Notes under the pieces: model-generated
Database searches by the model: none
Told to the model about the DNA's origin: nothing
Seen by the model: the letters and a program-made list of their open reading frames with translations, nothing else
Part shown: positions 28,450-37,085 of the stretch, in pieces
Layout: every line of letters starts with the position of its first letter
Position numbering within the stretch: position 1 is the stretch's first letter
NCBI GenBank assembly: GCA_964650355.1
Contig: CAZYTL010000001.1
Span: 216,018-280,017, forward strand
DNA: 64,000 nucleotides
Reading direction: 5' to 3'
From: an uncultured Gammaproteobacteria bacterium
GTDB lineage: Bacteria > Patescibacteriota > Microgenomatia > CAYXHB01 > CAZYTL01
Position numbers and translations under genes: made by a program

Positions 28450-29376
28450 CTAGTCTTTAACTTCCAACTCCGCACTTTCCGTTGCCGTGGGAGTCGGGAT
28501 GATGGTCACCGTCAAATCTCTAATCACCGGCTGATTATAGCGCAGATCAACTTGATGCTGCCCAGGTTTTATTGTAGCTTGCGACAGAATCAATTGTAAA
28601 GCACTAACCAGTTGTTCGACAGATGAGTCTGTGGTTAAGGGCAACAAAATCGAAACTCCCGAATTCAACTTTATTTCTAACGTCTCATCGTCGGATTGTC
28701 TGGCAGTGAATTTATACCCCTGGAAAATCATCGCCCGGGCTAACTTCACGGCTTTCACTTGAGCTGGCGGTAACAGCTGATGTACAGACGTAGTAAGTTG
28801 ATCCAGCACCACCAGAGGTTGGATTGCCTCATTCGTCAATTTGATCACCAAGCCCTGATCAGTTACTAAATAAAACTGATTTTCTAATTGCAACCGTTCA
28901 GTAGTGATGGCTGCCACTTCAGGAGAGATAATCAATTCTAGCGCTAATCGATCAGGACCTAACAAACGCAGTTTAGCTTCGTCCACATTGGCAAACTGAT
29001 GTCTCACTTCCTGGGGCAGCGTTTTCCAAACTTGCACCAGAGGTCGACCTTCATAAGGGGCTACCCAGTTAAGAATTTCTTGAGGGCAATCTTGATACTG
29101 ACTCTGGCAGATAATCCGCGTGGCCTTCCAACTACTAAAAGCCCAGTAGATACCCATCACCACCGCGAGACTGAGTAAACCTAAACCTGCTTTCCACCAC
29201 CAACTTCCCAATTCAAGTTTTCGCTTGCGCACCAGTTTTTGTCTCTGGTACTTAGGTTTACGGACTAAAAGTGCTCTCAACTTTGGGGGCCATCCAGGTT
29301 TTTTGAACTTAAGCTGATGAGTTTTGATTCTTAAGCTTTTCTTTTTCCTTAAGTAAGAAAATTTTTTCATCTTCAT
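28450..29376 (-). CDS. ftsQ: cell division protein FtsQ/DivIB-like
   Basis: 308 aa. Highly basic cytoplasmic N-terminus, single TM (GLGLLSLAVVMGIYWAF), POTRA-like plus beta domain. Sits directly upstream of ftsA. Confidence 0.55.
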   Translation of the reverse strand: MKMKKFSYLRKKKSLRIKTHQLKFKKPGWPPKLRALLVRKPKYQRQKLVRKRKLELGSWWWKAGLGLLSLAVVMGIYWAFSSWKATRIICQSQYQDCPQEILNWVAPYEGRPLVQVWKTLPQEVRHQFANVDEAKLRLLGPDRLALELIISPEVAAITTERLQLENQFYLVTDQGLVIKLTNEAIQPLVVLDQLTTSVHQLLPPAQVKAVKLARAMIFQGYKFTARQSDDETLEIKLNSGVSILLPLTTDSSVEQLVSALQLILSQATIKPGQHQVDLRYNQPVIRDLTVTIIPTPTATESAELEVKD

Positions 29377-29449
29377 GCCCTAATTATGGCAACTTCCAAC
29401 CTTGAGCGCAACAAAAAACCTCTCCTTAGAGAGGTTTATTCATGCCTAT

Positions 29450-30688
29450 TTAGGCGACCGCATACGCAGGCGCCCGACCAGACAAAAGGCGAACAAACCT
29501 GCCCATGGAAATCAGAAACAGCCCTATCATCCAGAGAGTCAACGTTTGGGTACTGCCGGTAAGCGGCAAGATGGCCCCCAACACTTGGCCTCCGATTGCC
29601 TGGACTGAACTGCCCGAACTGCTACCTGATCCAGAACTACTCGAATTGCTGGAAGAACTTCCTCCGTCACTATTATGATTAGTCGCCGGTAACCCGCTTT
29701 GAGGATCATGAGGATCATCCGGATCGTCAGGCCCCCCCACCGCCGGATCACTCGGATCGTCAGGATCACATTCCTTAAGTATAACTTCATTTTCATTTCC
29801 GGTGGTGATAACTTCCGTATTAACAGCTATTTCTCCGGTATCAATTGTCACTTCGCCGTTATTCTCATCTGCCTGATTATCACCGGTATTCAAGTCACCG
29901 CTTACCTGATTGATGGTTGTTTGTTGACTGCTCTGATTGATCACTTGCTGATTATTAATCTTCACCGAAGTTTGATTTTGCGATTCAGCTCCGGTTTTTT
30001 CATTGCTTACCTGGAGACTGACCCCGCCGCCGCATTGCTGGCAGGAGCTTAACTGCAATTGATTGATTCCTGTAGTCGTCTGAAATTTATTTTTAACCAC
30101 TACGTCACCAGTGTTAATGGTTACATCTCCATTATTTTTATTCGCTTGATTGTTTCCGGTGTTGGCCTGAATATAACTCTGATTTAAGGTCGCCTGTTGA
30201 TTGTCCATAGTCACGTTCAACCCGGAATTAATCTCTACTGTCGCTTGATTTTCAGACTGGTCTCCGGTCTGTTGATTGGTAACTGTGACCGTGTTCTGGT
30301 TAACCTGATTACTTAAATCCAACTGATTATTCGAGCCGCTAGTTTCCACTTTGGTGCCTGTGTTTATGTCTCCAGTACTTGTCTGACTGTCTCCGGTATT
30401 ATTATTGGCTTGGTTATTCCCGGTGTTGACCTGCAAATTGATCTCATTTACCGTAGTAGATTGATTCGTCATTTCTATTGTGGTGGTTTGATTAATTTCT
30501 GCGTTGGCTTGATTTTCTGATCCGGCTCCTGTTTCCTGGTTACTAACATCAATTTCATCGGCCCAGCTCAACCTGGGTGACCAGCAAATCAACAGCCCGG
30601 TTAAAAACCCGCATGACAATAGTTTGATAAATAGTTTTTGTTGCTGAGAAGCATTCATATGCTGAATAAATTGGAGCAGGAAGACCAT
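29450..30688 (-). CDS. secreted N/T/G/Q-rich repeat surface protein with C-terminal LPXTG sortase signal
   Basis: 412 aa. Signal peptide. Repeats of the type NTGNNQANNNTGDSQTSTGDINTG. Ser/Gly linker, then LPLTGS plus a hydrophobic helix plus an RFVRLLSGR basic tail. Confidence 0.7.
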   Translation of the reverse strand: MVFLLQFIQHMNASQQQKLFIKLLSCGFLTGLLICWSPRLSWADEIDVSNQETGAGSENQANAEINQTTTIEMTNQSTTVNEINLQVNTGNNQANNNTGDSQTSTGDINTGTKVETSGSNNQLDLSNQVNQNTVTVTNQQTGDQSENQATVEINSGLNVTMDNQQATLNQSYIQANTGNNQANKNNGDVTINTGDVVVKNKFQTTTGINQLQLSSCQQCGGGVSLQVSNEKTGAESQNQTSVKINNQQVINQSSQQTTINQVSGDLNTGDNQADENNGEVTIDTGEIAVNTEVITTGNENEVILKECDPDDPSDPAVGGPDDPDDPHDPQSGLPATNHNSDGGSSSSNSSSSGSGSSSGSSVQAIGGQVLGAILPLTGSTQTLTLWMIGLFLISMGRFVRLLSGRAPAYAVA

Positions 30689-30742
30689 CTGTCACCCGGA
30701 TAACTGCTTTTCCGGAAGGCAGTCTTTTTTCGAATTAAATTT

Positions 30743-33118
30743 TTAGTCGCCGATCAAAACCCTTTTCTTTAATTTTGCAGCCGCCATTCCCAGAGGGGAA
30801 ACAATCATCAGTAGGTAAACCAAATTCTTATCCGTGTCCTTCAAACCGAACTTCAAGGGTCCGACTGCTGCGCTTTCCACTTTGGGTTCCGGAGCCGGCG
30901 TGGTTTGCAAAAAGGGATCCTCTTCTCTTAACCATGTACCAGCCAACAATCTGGGGTCCGGACCTGTGTAATGTAAACTACTGGATTGTGAGTTTGCCAC
31001 CCAATCCTGGGCGTCCTCTTCAGTTAAGATCCCTGATTCATCATTGGTTGATTGAGTATTCTCAGTCTCTGAATTGGTGGTGGCTGGTTCCTCCTGATTG
31101 CCCTCGTCTGTGGGAGTAAAGTCCACTCCGCCGATGGCCAGTTCCTCGCCTTGATTATTATTCTGGTCCGGAGTTGAAGAAGCCTCTGCTGACTGCTTTT
31201 CGTGACCAGGTGTGACCACGTCGCCGATCCAACTCCCGAACACATTTACGAACGCAATTACCACTTTTCCTCCCACCACATTATTATTGACATAGTTAAT
31301 TACATTTTGATATACATTCACGTCTCCCGTACTAATATTACCTGAACCGGTATTAGCCTCCGCAGTATTGTGTCCGGTATCAGCGTTGATTACCACCTGG
31401 TTGTTCACGTCTGCTTGATTGTTTTGCTCAATGGTGGTAGTGGAATTTTGTTCACTACTCGCTTGATTATTTGAATCCGCTCCGGTAGTATCGTTAGCTG
31501 CCCCTAAGTCAAAAGTATCCACTACAGCCAGATGATCATCTTCACCAGCTCCCAGAATCTTTCCTACCCACTTTCCAGCTTCATTCACCACCACGATCCA
31601 CAATGTTTCTCCGTCACCTACAATATTATTGTTGGCCACCGTTACCTCATCAGCCTGCACATCAACCGATCCGGTTTCGACTGAGCCGCCTTCAGTATTT
31701 CTGTCCGCCTGATTACCTCCAGTATTGGAATTCACGACCACCTGATTATTAATATTGGCCTCATTATGCTGGCTTACCGTGTTGTATCTCTGTACCAGCG
31801 TGTCTGACTCGTTATTTGAACCCGCGCCTGTTTGATTATTGGTTGCTGTTTGACTGCCATCCCCGCAATCACTGCAGCCGGCCAAGGGACTCAAGATGAT
31901 ATCCCCTACCAGATCACCGAAAATGTTCACCGTGGCTACCAGCACATCAGCCGTGCTGTTTACCAAATTAACCGCGTTAGTAATCACATTCACATCTCCT
32001 GTCGTCACACTTCCGTCTCCGGTATTCTTGTCCGCACTATTATGGCCGGTGGTGGCGTCGACTACCAAATCATTCGCCACCGTGGCGTCATTGTTATTCA
32101 CAATCGTTAGAGCGGTGTTATTATCCGCTGCGACCTGATTGTTCGAATCAGCACCTGTTTGCTGGTTGGACGCTTGATTGCCATTACCGGTTGCGTCTCC
32201 TCCAATCACGATATCTCCTCGATGATCGTCGTACACATCATATTCACTGGTTTGCACGCCAGTGATGTCAGTATTGGCTACGTTCACGACCGTCAGGCCC
32301 ACATTAGCGTCCCCGGTGATTACCTCACCATTCCCAGTATTCTTGTCCGCACTGTTGTGTCCCGAATCTGCAATCGCAATCACTCCTGTATCCAAATTAG
32401 CATTTTGATTGTTCTCTATTATTGTATCGCTGTTAACTGTCGTATCTGCCTGGTTATTGGAGTCCGCTCCTGTTTGGTTGTTCTGTGCACTTCCCCCACT
32501 TGATCCACAGGTAGTACAGTTAGTTGTGGTGGTAACCGTGGTGTTGGCTTGATTCTTTACCACCCCTTGAACGGTAGCGTCACCACTGGTTACCGAGCCG
32601 TCCCCCGTGTTCTTATCAGCTGAACTGTGTCCTGAATCAGAAGTTAATACCAGGTCATTATTAACCTCAGCTTGATTGTCAGTCTTCACTTTGGTGTCCT
32701 GATTATCAGCTACCCCACTTTCATTATTAGAACCGGCTCCGGTCTTATTGTTTTCAGCAGTGGATTGACCGCTAGCGTCTGCAGGTGGTTGCTCATTTAG
32801 AGCTGCTGTCTCTTTTTTCGTGCTAACCTTTGATGTCGGAGTAGGGGATGGTTGGGGAGCTTGGGGAATATCAGATGCCTGAGGCACATCCGTCGGGCTA
32901 GGCGCAGAAGGTGGTTCTTGAGTTTCTGTTGTCGGAGGTTCCGGGGCCTGGGGCACTTCAGGAGGAGTCGGAGCATCCGGAGACTCTGGAGCGGTAGTTG
33001 CCGTAGGCGCGGTTGGTGGAGTCGGCATCTCGCTCGCCCAGATCCTGGCCATCGATCCTAAGGGGAAAAACCAAAACTGTATTATAATTAATAGTGAAAT
33101 ACTAACTTTGCGAATCAT
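30743..33118 (-). CDS. large secreted repeat surface protein (Pro-rich N-terminal linker, at least five ~65-aa NNQTGADSNN...DSGHNSADKNTGDGSVTTGD repeats, C-terminal hydrophobic anchor)
   Basis: 791 aa. N-terminal signal/TM. PTPPTAP...APQPSPTPTS proline-rich region. Repeats separated by CxxC pairs (CTTCG, CSDCG). C-terminal LVYLLMIVSPLGMAAA-KLKKR. Confidence 0.65.
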   Translation of the reverse strand: MIRKVSISLLIIIQFWFFPLGSMARIWASEMPTPPTAPTATTAPESPDAPTPPEVPQAPEPPTTETQEPPSAPSPTDVPQASDIPQAPQPSPTPTSKVSTKKETAALNEQPPADASGQSTAENNKTGAGSNNESGVADNQDTKVKTDNQAEVNNDLVLTSDSGHSSADKNTGDGSVTSGDATVQGVVKNQANTTVTTTTNCTTCGSSGGSAQNNQTGADSNNQADTTVNSDTIIENNQNANLDTGVIAIADSGHNSADKNTGNGEVITGDANVGLTVVNVANTDITGVQTSEYDVYDDHRGDIVIGGDATGNGNQASNQQTGADSNNQVAADNNTALTIVNNNDATVANDLVVDATTGHNSADKNTGDGSVTTGDVNVITNAVNLVNSTADVLVATVNIFGDLVGDIILSPLAGCSDCGDGSQTATNNQTGAGSNNESDTLVQRYNTVSQHNEANINNQVVVNSNTGGNQADRNTEGGSVETGSVDVQADEVTVANNNIVGDGETLWIVVVNEAGKWVGKILGAGEDDHLAVVDTFDLGAANDTTGADSNNQASSEQNSTTTIEQNNQADVNNQVVINADTGHNTAEANTGSGNISTGDVNVYQNVINYVNNNVVGGKVVIAFVNVFGSWIGDVVTPGHEKQSAEASSTPDQNNNQGEELAIGGVDFTPTDEGNQEEPATTNSETENTQSTNDESGILTEEDAQDWVANSQSSSLHYTGPDPRLLAGTWLREEDPFLQTTPAPEPKVESAAVGPLKFGLKDTDKNLVYLLMIVSPLGMAAAKLKKRVLIGD

Positions 33119-33220
33119 ACATAGTTAAACTTGTGAAACTTAAATAGTTAAATAGCTAAGTGGTTATAATTGATAAATTTAACCATTTAACAATTTAGCT
33201 ATTTATTTTTTGCAGTGGTG

Positions 33221-33255
33221 CTTCCGGATGTCAGAGGTCAATTGGCATCCGGAAG
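33221..33255. repeat. perfect 10-bp inverted repeat (cttccggatg / catccggaag) with 15-nt loop between two surface-protein genes
   Basis: Read directly from the sequence. A T-run (33201-33212) lies on the + strand side. Confidence 0.5.
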
Positions 33256-33280
33256 TCCAGACTCTGCAAATTGTCAAATC

Positions 33281-34567
33281 TTAGGCAGAAAATCCGAAAA
33301 ACAACATCCACCAAGAGCCGCTATCAGGAAGATTGCTGGCGTCCCACTCCACATCTGGCCAATCCCAACCGGTATTGCCCAGCACATTTTCGTTCTCTTG
33401 AGTGGTCACTTCTACTCCTGCTTCTACGTCACCGCTGTCGATTCCATCAGCAGTGTTTTCGTTGGTGGTGTTTTCACCGGTATTCAAAGCACCGAAAACT
33501 AGGTTAGCGACACCGCATTCCAAACCATGATGGTGATGCCCGCCCAGGATATCTGGTTGGGCTACTCCATCTTCTTCAGCACAATTTCCTTGGAAAATAG
33601 TATCTAGGGTAGTCAATTCGGCCGAAGTTTCGTTATTGGAATCCGCTCCGGTTTTGAAATTCCCGGCTGCCAACTCCACATCACAACAACCGTCATAGGC
33701 TAAGAAATTGGCATTCGCCATAGTGTCAAAACCTACACCTGTATAAATATCGCCGGTTTCAATCGCCCCCTCACCAGTGTTTTCATTGGCTTCGTTCCAA
33801 CCGGTATTGGCAAGAATTTCTGCATCATTCAAGATGTCTGCATAATTACTTTGCACAACCCAATCGGCTTTGCTGACATCAATGTGAGCTTGATTATTAG
33901 AATCAGCTCCAGTGGTGTCGTTACCTGCGGTTAGCGTCGGATCACCGGCGCCACCACCGTTGTGGCCAACACTGGCCATATTCTTGTTGGCTTTATTGTT
34001 TACTACGGAAACAGACTCAACGCCTCCGGTAGTAATTGAACCCATACCGGTGTTTTTGTTCGCCTCATTGTCACCAGTATTTAAGTCTTGGAAGATCTCA
34101 TTTTTGATATGAGCATTATTATCCTGCTCAAGTACCGTGGCCTTATCAACTTCGATTGATGTTTCATTATTAGAATCCGCACCAGTCTTTTCATTGGAAG
34201 CGTATAAGTCCAAGTCACACCCTCCACAAGGGTCAATGTCTGCGGCGTTTTTGTTCAAGGTCGTGGACAAACTTGTTCCGGTCTTGACATCGCCTGTGCT
34301 GATTGATCCCTCACCGGTATTTTTGTTGGCAGTATTACCTCCGGTATTGGCGTTAAGATCGATTTTGTTAACAACTGTACCTTGATTCTGTTGATCAACA
34401 AAAGTGCTCTGTTGCACGTCAATGTTGGCTTCGTTATTGGAATCAGCCCCGGTGGTATCGTTACCAGCAGTACCAGTGACAGTCGCGCCTGCCATACCTG
34501 CAAATGACCAGGTAAGTAAGGAGATGGTAGAGATTGCGGTACTGGCTTTATAAATAAATTTTTGCAT
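33281..34567 (-). CDS. secreted repeat surface protein, same repeat family, ends in LPDSG plus a short hydrophobic stretch
   Basis: 428 aa. Signal peptide. Repeats NANTGGNTANKNTGEGSISTGDV, NTGDNEANKNTGMGSITTGGV, NTGWNEANENTGEGAIETGDI. CxxC pairs. C-terminus NLPDSGSWWMLFFGFSA. Confidence 0.65.
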   Translation of the reverse strand: MQKFIYKASTAISTISLLTWSFAGMAGATVTGTAGNDTTGADSNNEANIDVQQSTFVDQQNQGTVVNKIDLNANTGGNTANKNTGEGSISTGDVKTGTSLSTTLNKNAADIDPCGGCDLDLYASNEKTGADSNNETSIEVDKATVLEQDNNAHIKNEIFQDLNTGDNEANKNTGMGSITTGGVESVSVVNNKANKNMASVGHNGGGAGDPTLTAGNDTTGADSNNQAHIDVSKADWVVQSNYADILNDAEILANTGWNEANENTGEGAIETGDIYTGVGFDTMANANFLAYDGCCDVELAAGNFKTGADSNNETSAELTTLDTIFQGNCAEEDGVAQPDILGGHHHHGLECGVANLVFGALNTGENTTNENTADGIDSGDVEAGVEVTTQENENVLGNTGWDWPDVEWDASNLPDSGSWWMLFFGFSA

Positions 34568-34802
34568 TTACTATTCACCTCCTTTCTTTGTCTTGATTCT
34601 GAGGACCTAAAATTTCTGATTAAATTAAAACGCAAAAAAGGCGGCTGTTCCGGCATTTGCCGAAAATCAGTCGCCTCCGATTGCGGTCAGCGTTAAACTA
34701 AATTGTAGTTATTAACCAATTTAATGGGAAACTTGGGCTATGTCAAGCCCCTGTTTTATTAATTAAACAAAATTCTTTTGCCAATAAAAGAAACGCACAA
34801 AA

Positions 34803-34970
34803 TCACTCCATCTTGTGGTTGGTTTTCTTGATATTTCTCACGCTTATTTGCACGACTCGGTTATCCTGCACGTAAATTTCTACACTCCCATAACCGTCAA
34901 TCGATTTTAACGCTTGTTTAATTTCTTCAACTAACTCATTGGTAATTCTTCGAGTAGAATGATCAACCAT
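34803..34970 (-). CDS. small YezD/DUF2292-like protein (not in the supplied ORF track)
   Basis: Manual translation gives MVDHSTRRITNELVEEIKQALKSIDGYGSVEIYVQDNRVVQISVRNIKKTNHKME (55 aa). The YGSVEIYVQDNRVVQI core matches the YezD-type GSVxIxVxDxxVxQI signature. Confidence 0.45.
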   Translation of the reverse strand: MVDHSTRRITNELVEEIKQALKSIDGYGSVEIYVQDNRVVQISVRNIKKTNHKME

Positions 34971-35047
34971 GTGTAAATAAGGCAGACGATACCTTTAAGT
35001 AACCATTTTTCAAAGTCACTTATATTTAATCCTGACTCTAGATCTGT

Positions 35048-35641
35048 CTAAAAGTTGATTTCCAAGTCTTGCTTATCGCCTTCCAATTCACCTACTTGAA
35101 TTAGAAAATGAGGTTGGTCAGCTAAGACTACAAACCCGACTCGGGTGATCTTTGTGGAAATTGGCTGAATTTCAACCGTATCAGAATGAATATCAGGGGC
35201 AAACTTCTTTCCTTGATCGTCAACCAGTCTTAACAAATTAACCGGTGCCAAATACAATTTATTAGTACTAGCGTTTTCTATTTCTATATGAAGGACTAAA
35301 AAGGCTTTATCGCCTTTGGCATTCGCTGGGCGTCCTTGAATTAGTACTTGTTTGGTCTTTTCTGCTTTAGTAATTAGGAATCCGACCTGATCCGCTGGAT
35401 TGCCGCTGGCATCTGTGGCAACGAAGTTATAATGAGCGTTTAAATCAGTCGTGGCTAAGGGGGCTTCGTCTACGCTTTGCGTGTTTACCTGAGGTGAAGA
35501 AACATTCGTTACCTGGTTCAATCTGGCTTTAGCAGTTATCCCTATTAGTAATAGAACGGTCGCAATTATAAGTCCAATTACTATTTTTTTTGCCGGAAAG
35601 CGCTTTGTTTTTTTTGGTGAAGAGTCAAGTTTGCTAATCAT
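35048..35641 (-). CDS. membrane-anchored DUF4352-like Ig-fold protein
   Basis: 197 aa. N-terminal TM. KAFLVLHIEIENASTNKLYLAPVNLLRLVDDQGKKF matches the beta-sandwich pattern of DUF4352 lipoproteins. Confidence 0.45.
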   Translation of the reverse strand: MISKLDSSPKKTKRFPAKKIVIGLIIATVLLLIGITAKARLNQVTNVSSPQVNTQSVDEAPLATTDLNAHYNFVATDASGNPADQVGFLITKAEKTKQVLIQGRPANAKGDKAFLVLHIEIENASTNKLYLAPVNLLRLVDDQGKKFAPDIHSDTVEIQPISTKITRVGFVVLADQPHFLIQVGELEGDKQDLEINF

Positions 35642-35775
35642 AGCGAATCGTGTTCTTTATTCTCCGGAGCAATAAAAAACCATCCCAAGGCAGGATGGAC
35701 AGTTTAAATAATTAAATTCAGTAAACCACAGAATGAGTTGATTGTCAAGCGGACAAATTAATAATTATGCCTATC

Positions 35776-36330
35776 TCATGAGAATTTTATTTCAATTAAA
35801 GTAGTTTCGTTCGTCTTCTTCAATACTTGAACGGTAAACTGGCGATCACTATTTGCGATGTCAATCATTATTTGCGTGTGGTCGTTGGTTGTTGTTTTGA
35901 CAAAATTTTTGACTTGAAAATCTTCCTGTTTAAGCATTTGCTTATACCAGTCACCTACAGTATCAATGTTTGAATTAACCTCATAGGATTGAGAATCTGC
36001 TGTCTGGCTTAATAATCTAGCTCCGGGATAAATCAAACCCAGCCACTCGTTAGTCTCAGTGTCCTGATCATCTTCCATCGTTGAAGAATTTGTCGGTTCA
36101 GGAGTTAAGGTAGATAATGGTGTGGTGGTCGCTATCGGAGTAGCTGATGGTGTAGGGGAAGAAATTAATTTTTCTTCTGGCGCTACCGTCTCCGCTCCAG
36201 CCACCGCAGATTCAATTTTGTTTTGACTGATAACCGTTGATGCTCCCGGCTGGTCTTTAGCGATTCTGATCTGCACCACCGAATAGAAGAACATCACCGT
36301 AGCTGCTATGGCGATCAATGCTTGAATCAT
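35776..36330 (-). CDS. membrane-anchored hypothetical protein with Pro/Thr-rich linker
   Basis: 184 aa. N-terminal TM, SPTPSATPIATTTPLSTLTPEPT linker, small C-terminal domain. Confidence 0.4.
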   Translation of the reverse strand: MIQALIAIAATVMFFYSVVQIRIAKDQPGASTVISQNKIESAVAGAETVAPEEKLISSPTPSATPIATTTPLSTLTPEPTNSSTMEDDQDTETNEWLGLIYPGARLLSQTADSQSYEVNSNIDTVGDWYKQMLKQEDFQVKNFVKTTTNDHTQIMIDIANSDRQFTVQVLKKTNETTLIEIKFS

Positions 36331-36435
36331 ACCAGGTCAAATCTTCACTTATTGATATTAAAAATGATGCGCATTCGAAGCCTGCAATAACTATATACAC
36401 CTTTTAATCATAAAAGGCAAAAGAGACAAACCTCT

Positions 36436-37044
36436 TTACTTCTTATTTATTAACTCCGCCGTCACCAGTAGCCTTTTCCATGTAGTTCCTGGTGGCCAAC
36501 AAGTTTGCATAGTCAATGTGGATTTGGCTATCTGCGGTTGTAATCGGCCTGTATCAGTACTGGAAACCACCTCTTTATTTATAATCTGATAGAAATATTC
36601 CTTTCCTTGATAAATTATCAACACCTGATCTCCGGTCTCCAGCTTATTAAGTAAATAGAATTCTGCATTGTAGCGACTGATGCGCCAGGGAGCATCTGTG
36701 GAATGGGCGAATAAAAATACGTTACCCGGTTCTCCAGGTAATGAGGTATTTGAGGCATGAGCCACTCCGCGTTCTAAAGCCGGCAAGTAAATCTCAGGTC
36801 TAAACGGATCTACGTTTTTGATCACCTCAGCATCGACCTTAATTTTAGGGATTATGACTCGAAACTGATCGGCAGATGCATCTGTAAGAGAAACGTCTAC
36901 CTGATTATTATCTTCCACCAACTGCCACCAGTAATATTCGATTTCTTTGATCAAAGCAGGCCCCCAAGGTAGGATCAACACCATCACTCCTGCCACAGTC
37001 AATCCGTTTCCAATCCACAAAAAGAGCTTCCTTTTCATCACCAT
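36436..37044 (-). CDS. sortase (transpeptidase)
   Basis: 202 aa. N-terminal TM. Catalytic His in FLFAHS, TLTMQTC active-site Cys motif (TLxTC), downstream conserved Arg (KRLLVTA). Confidence 0.8.
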   Translation of the reverse strand: MVMKRKLFLWIGNGLTVAGVMVLILPWGPALIKEIEYYWWQLVEDNNQVDVSLTDASADQFRVIIPKIKVDAEVIKNVDPFRPEIYLPALERGVAHASNTSLPGEPGNVFLFAHSTDAPWRISRYNAEFYLLNKLETGDQVLIIYQGKEYFYQIINKEVVSSTDTGRLQPQIAKSTLTMQTCWPPGTTWKRLLVTAELINKK

Positions 37045-37085
37045 CGCATCTTACCATATTGGGCAAAAACCTCCAATTAATGGGC

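Noticed and set aside
29539-30052. ORFs 29539..29796 (-) and 29699..30052 (+) within the LPXTG protein gene, and similar ORFs (31832..32503, 32852..33061) within the 791-aa gene
   Set aside because: Generated by the repetitive, compositionally biased coding sequence of the surface-protein genes in other frames.
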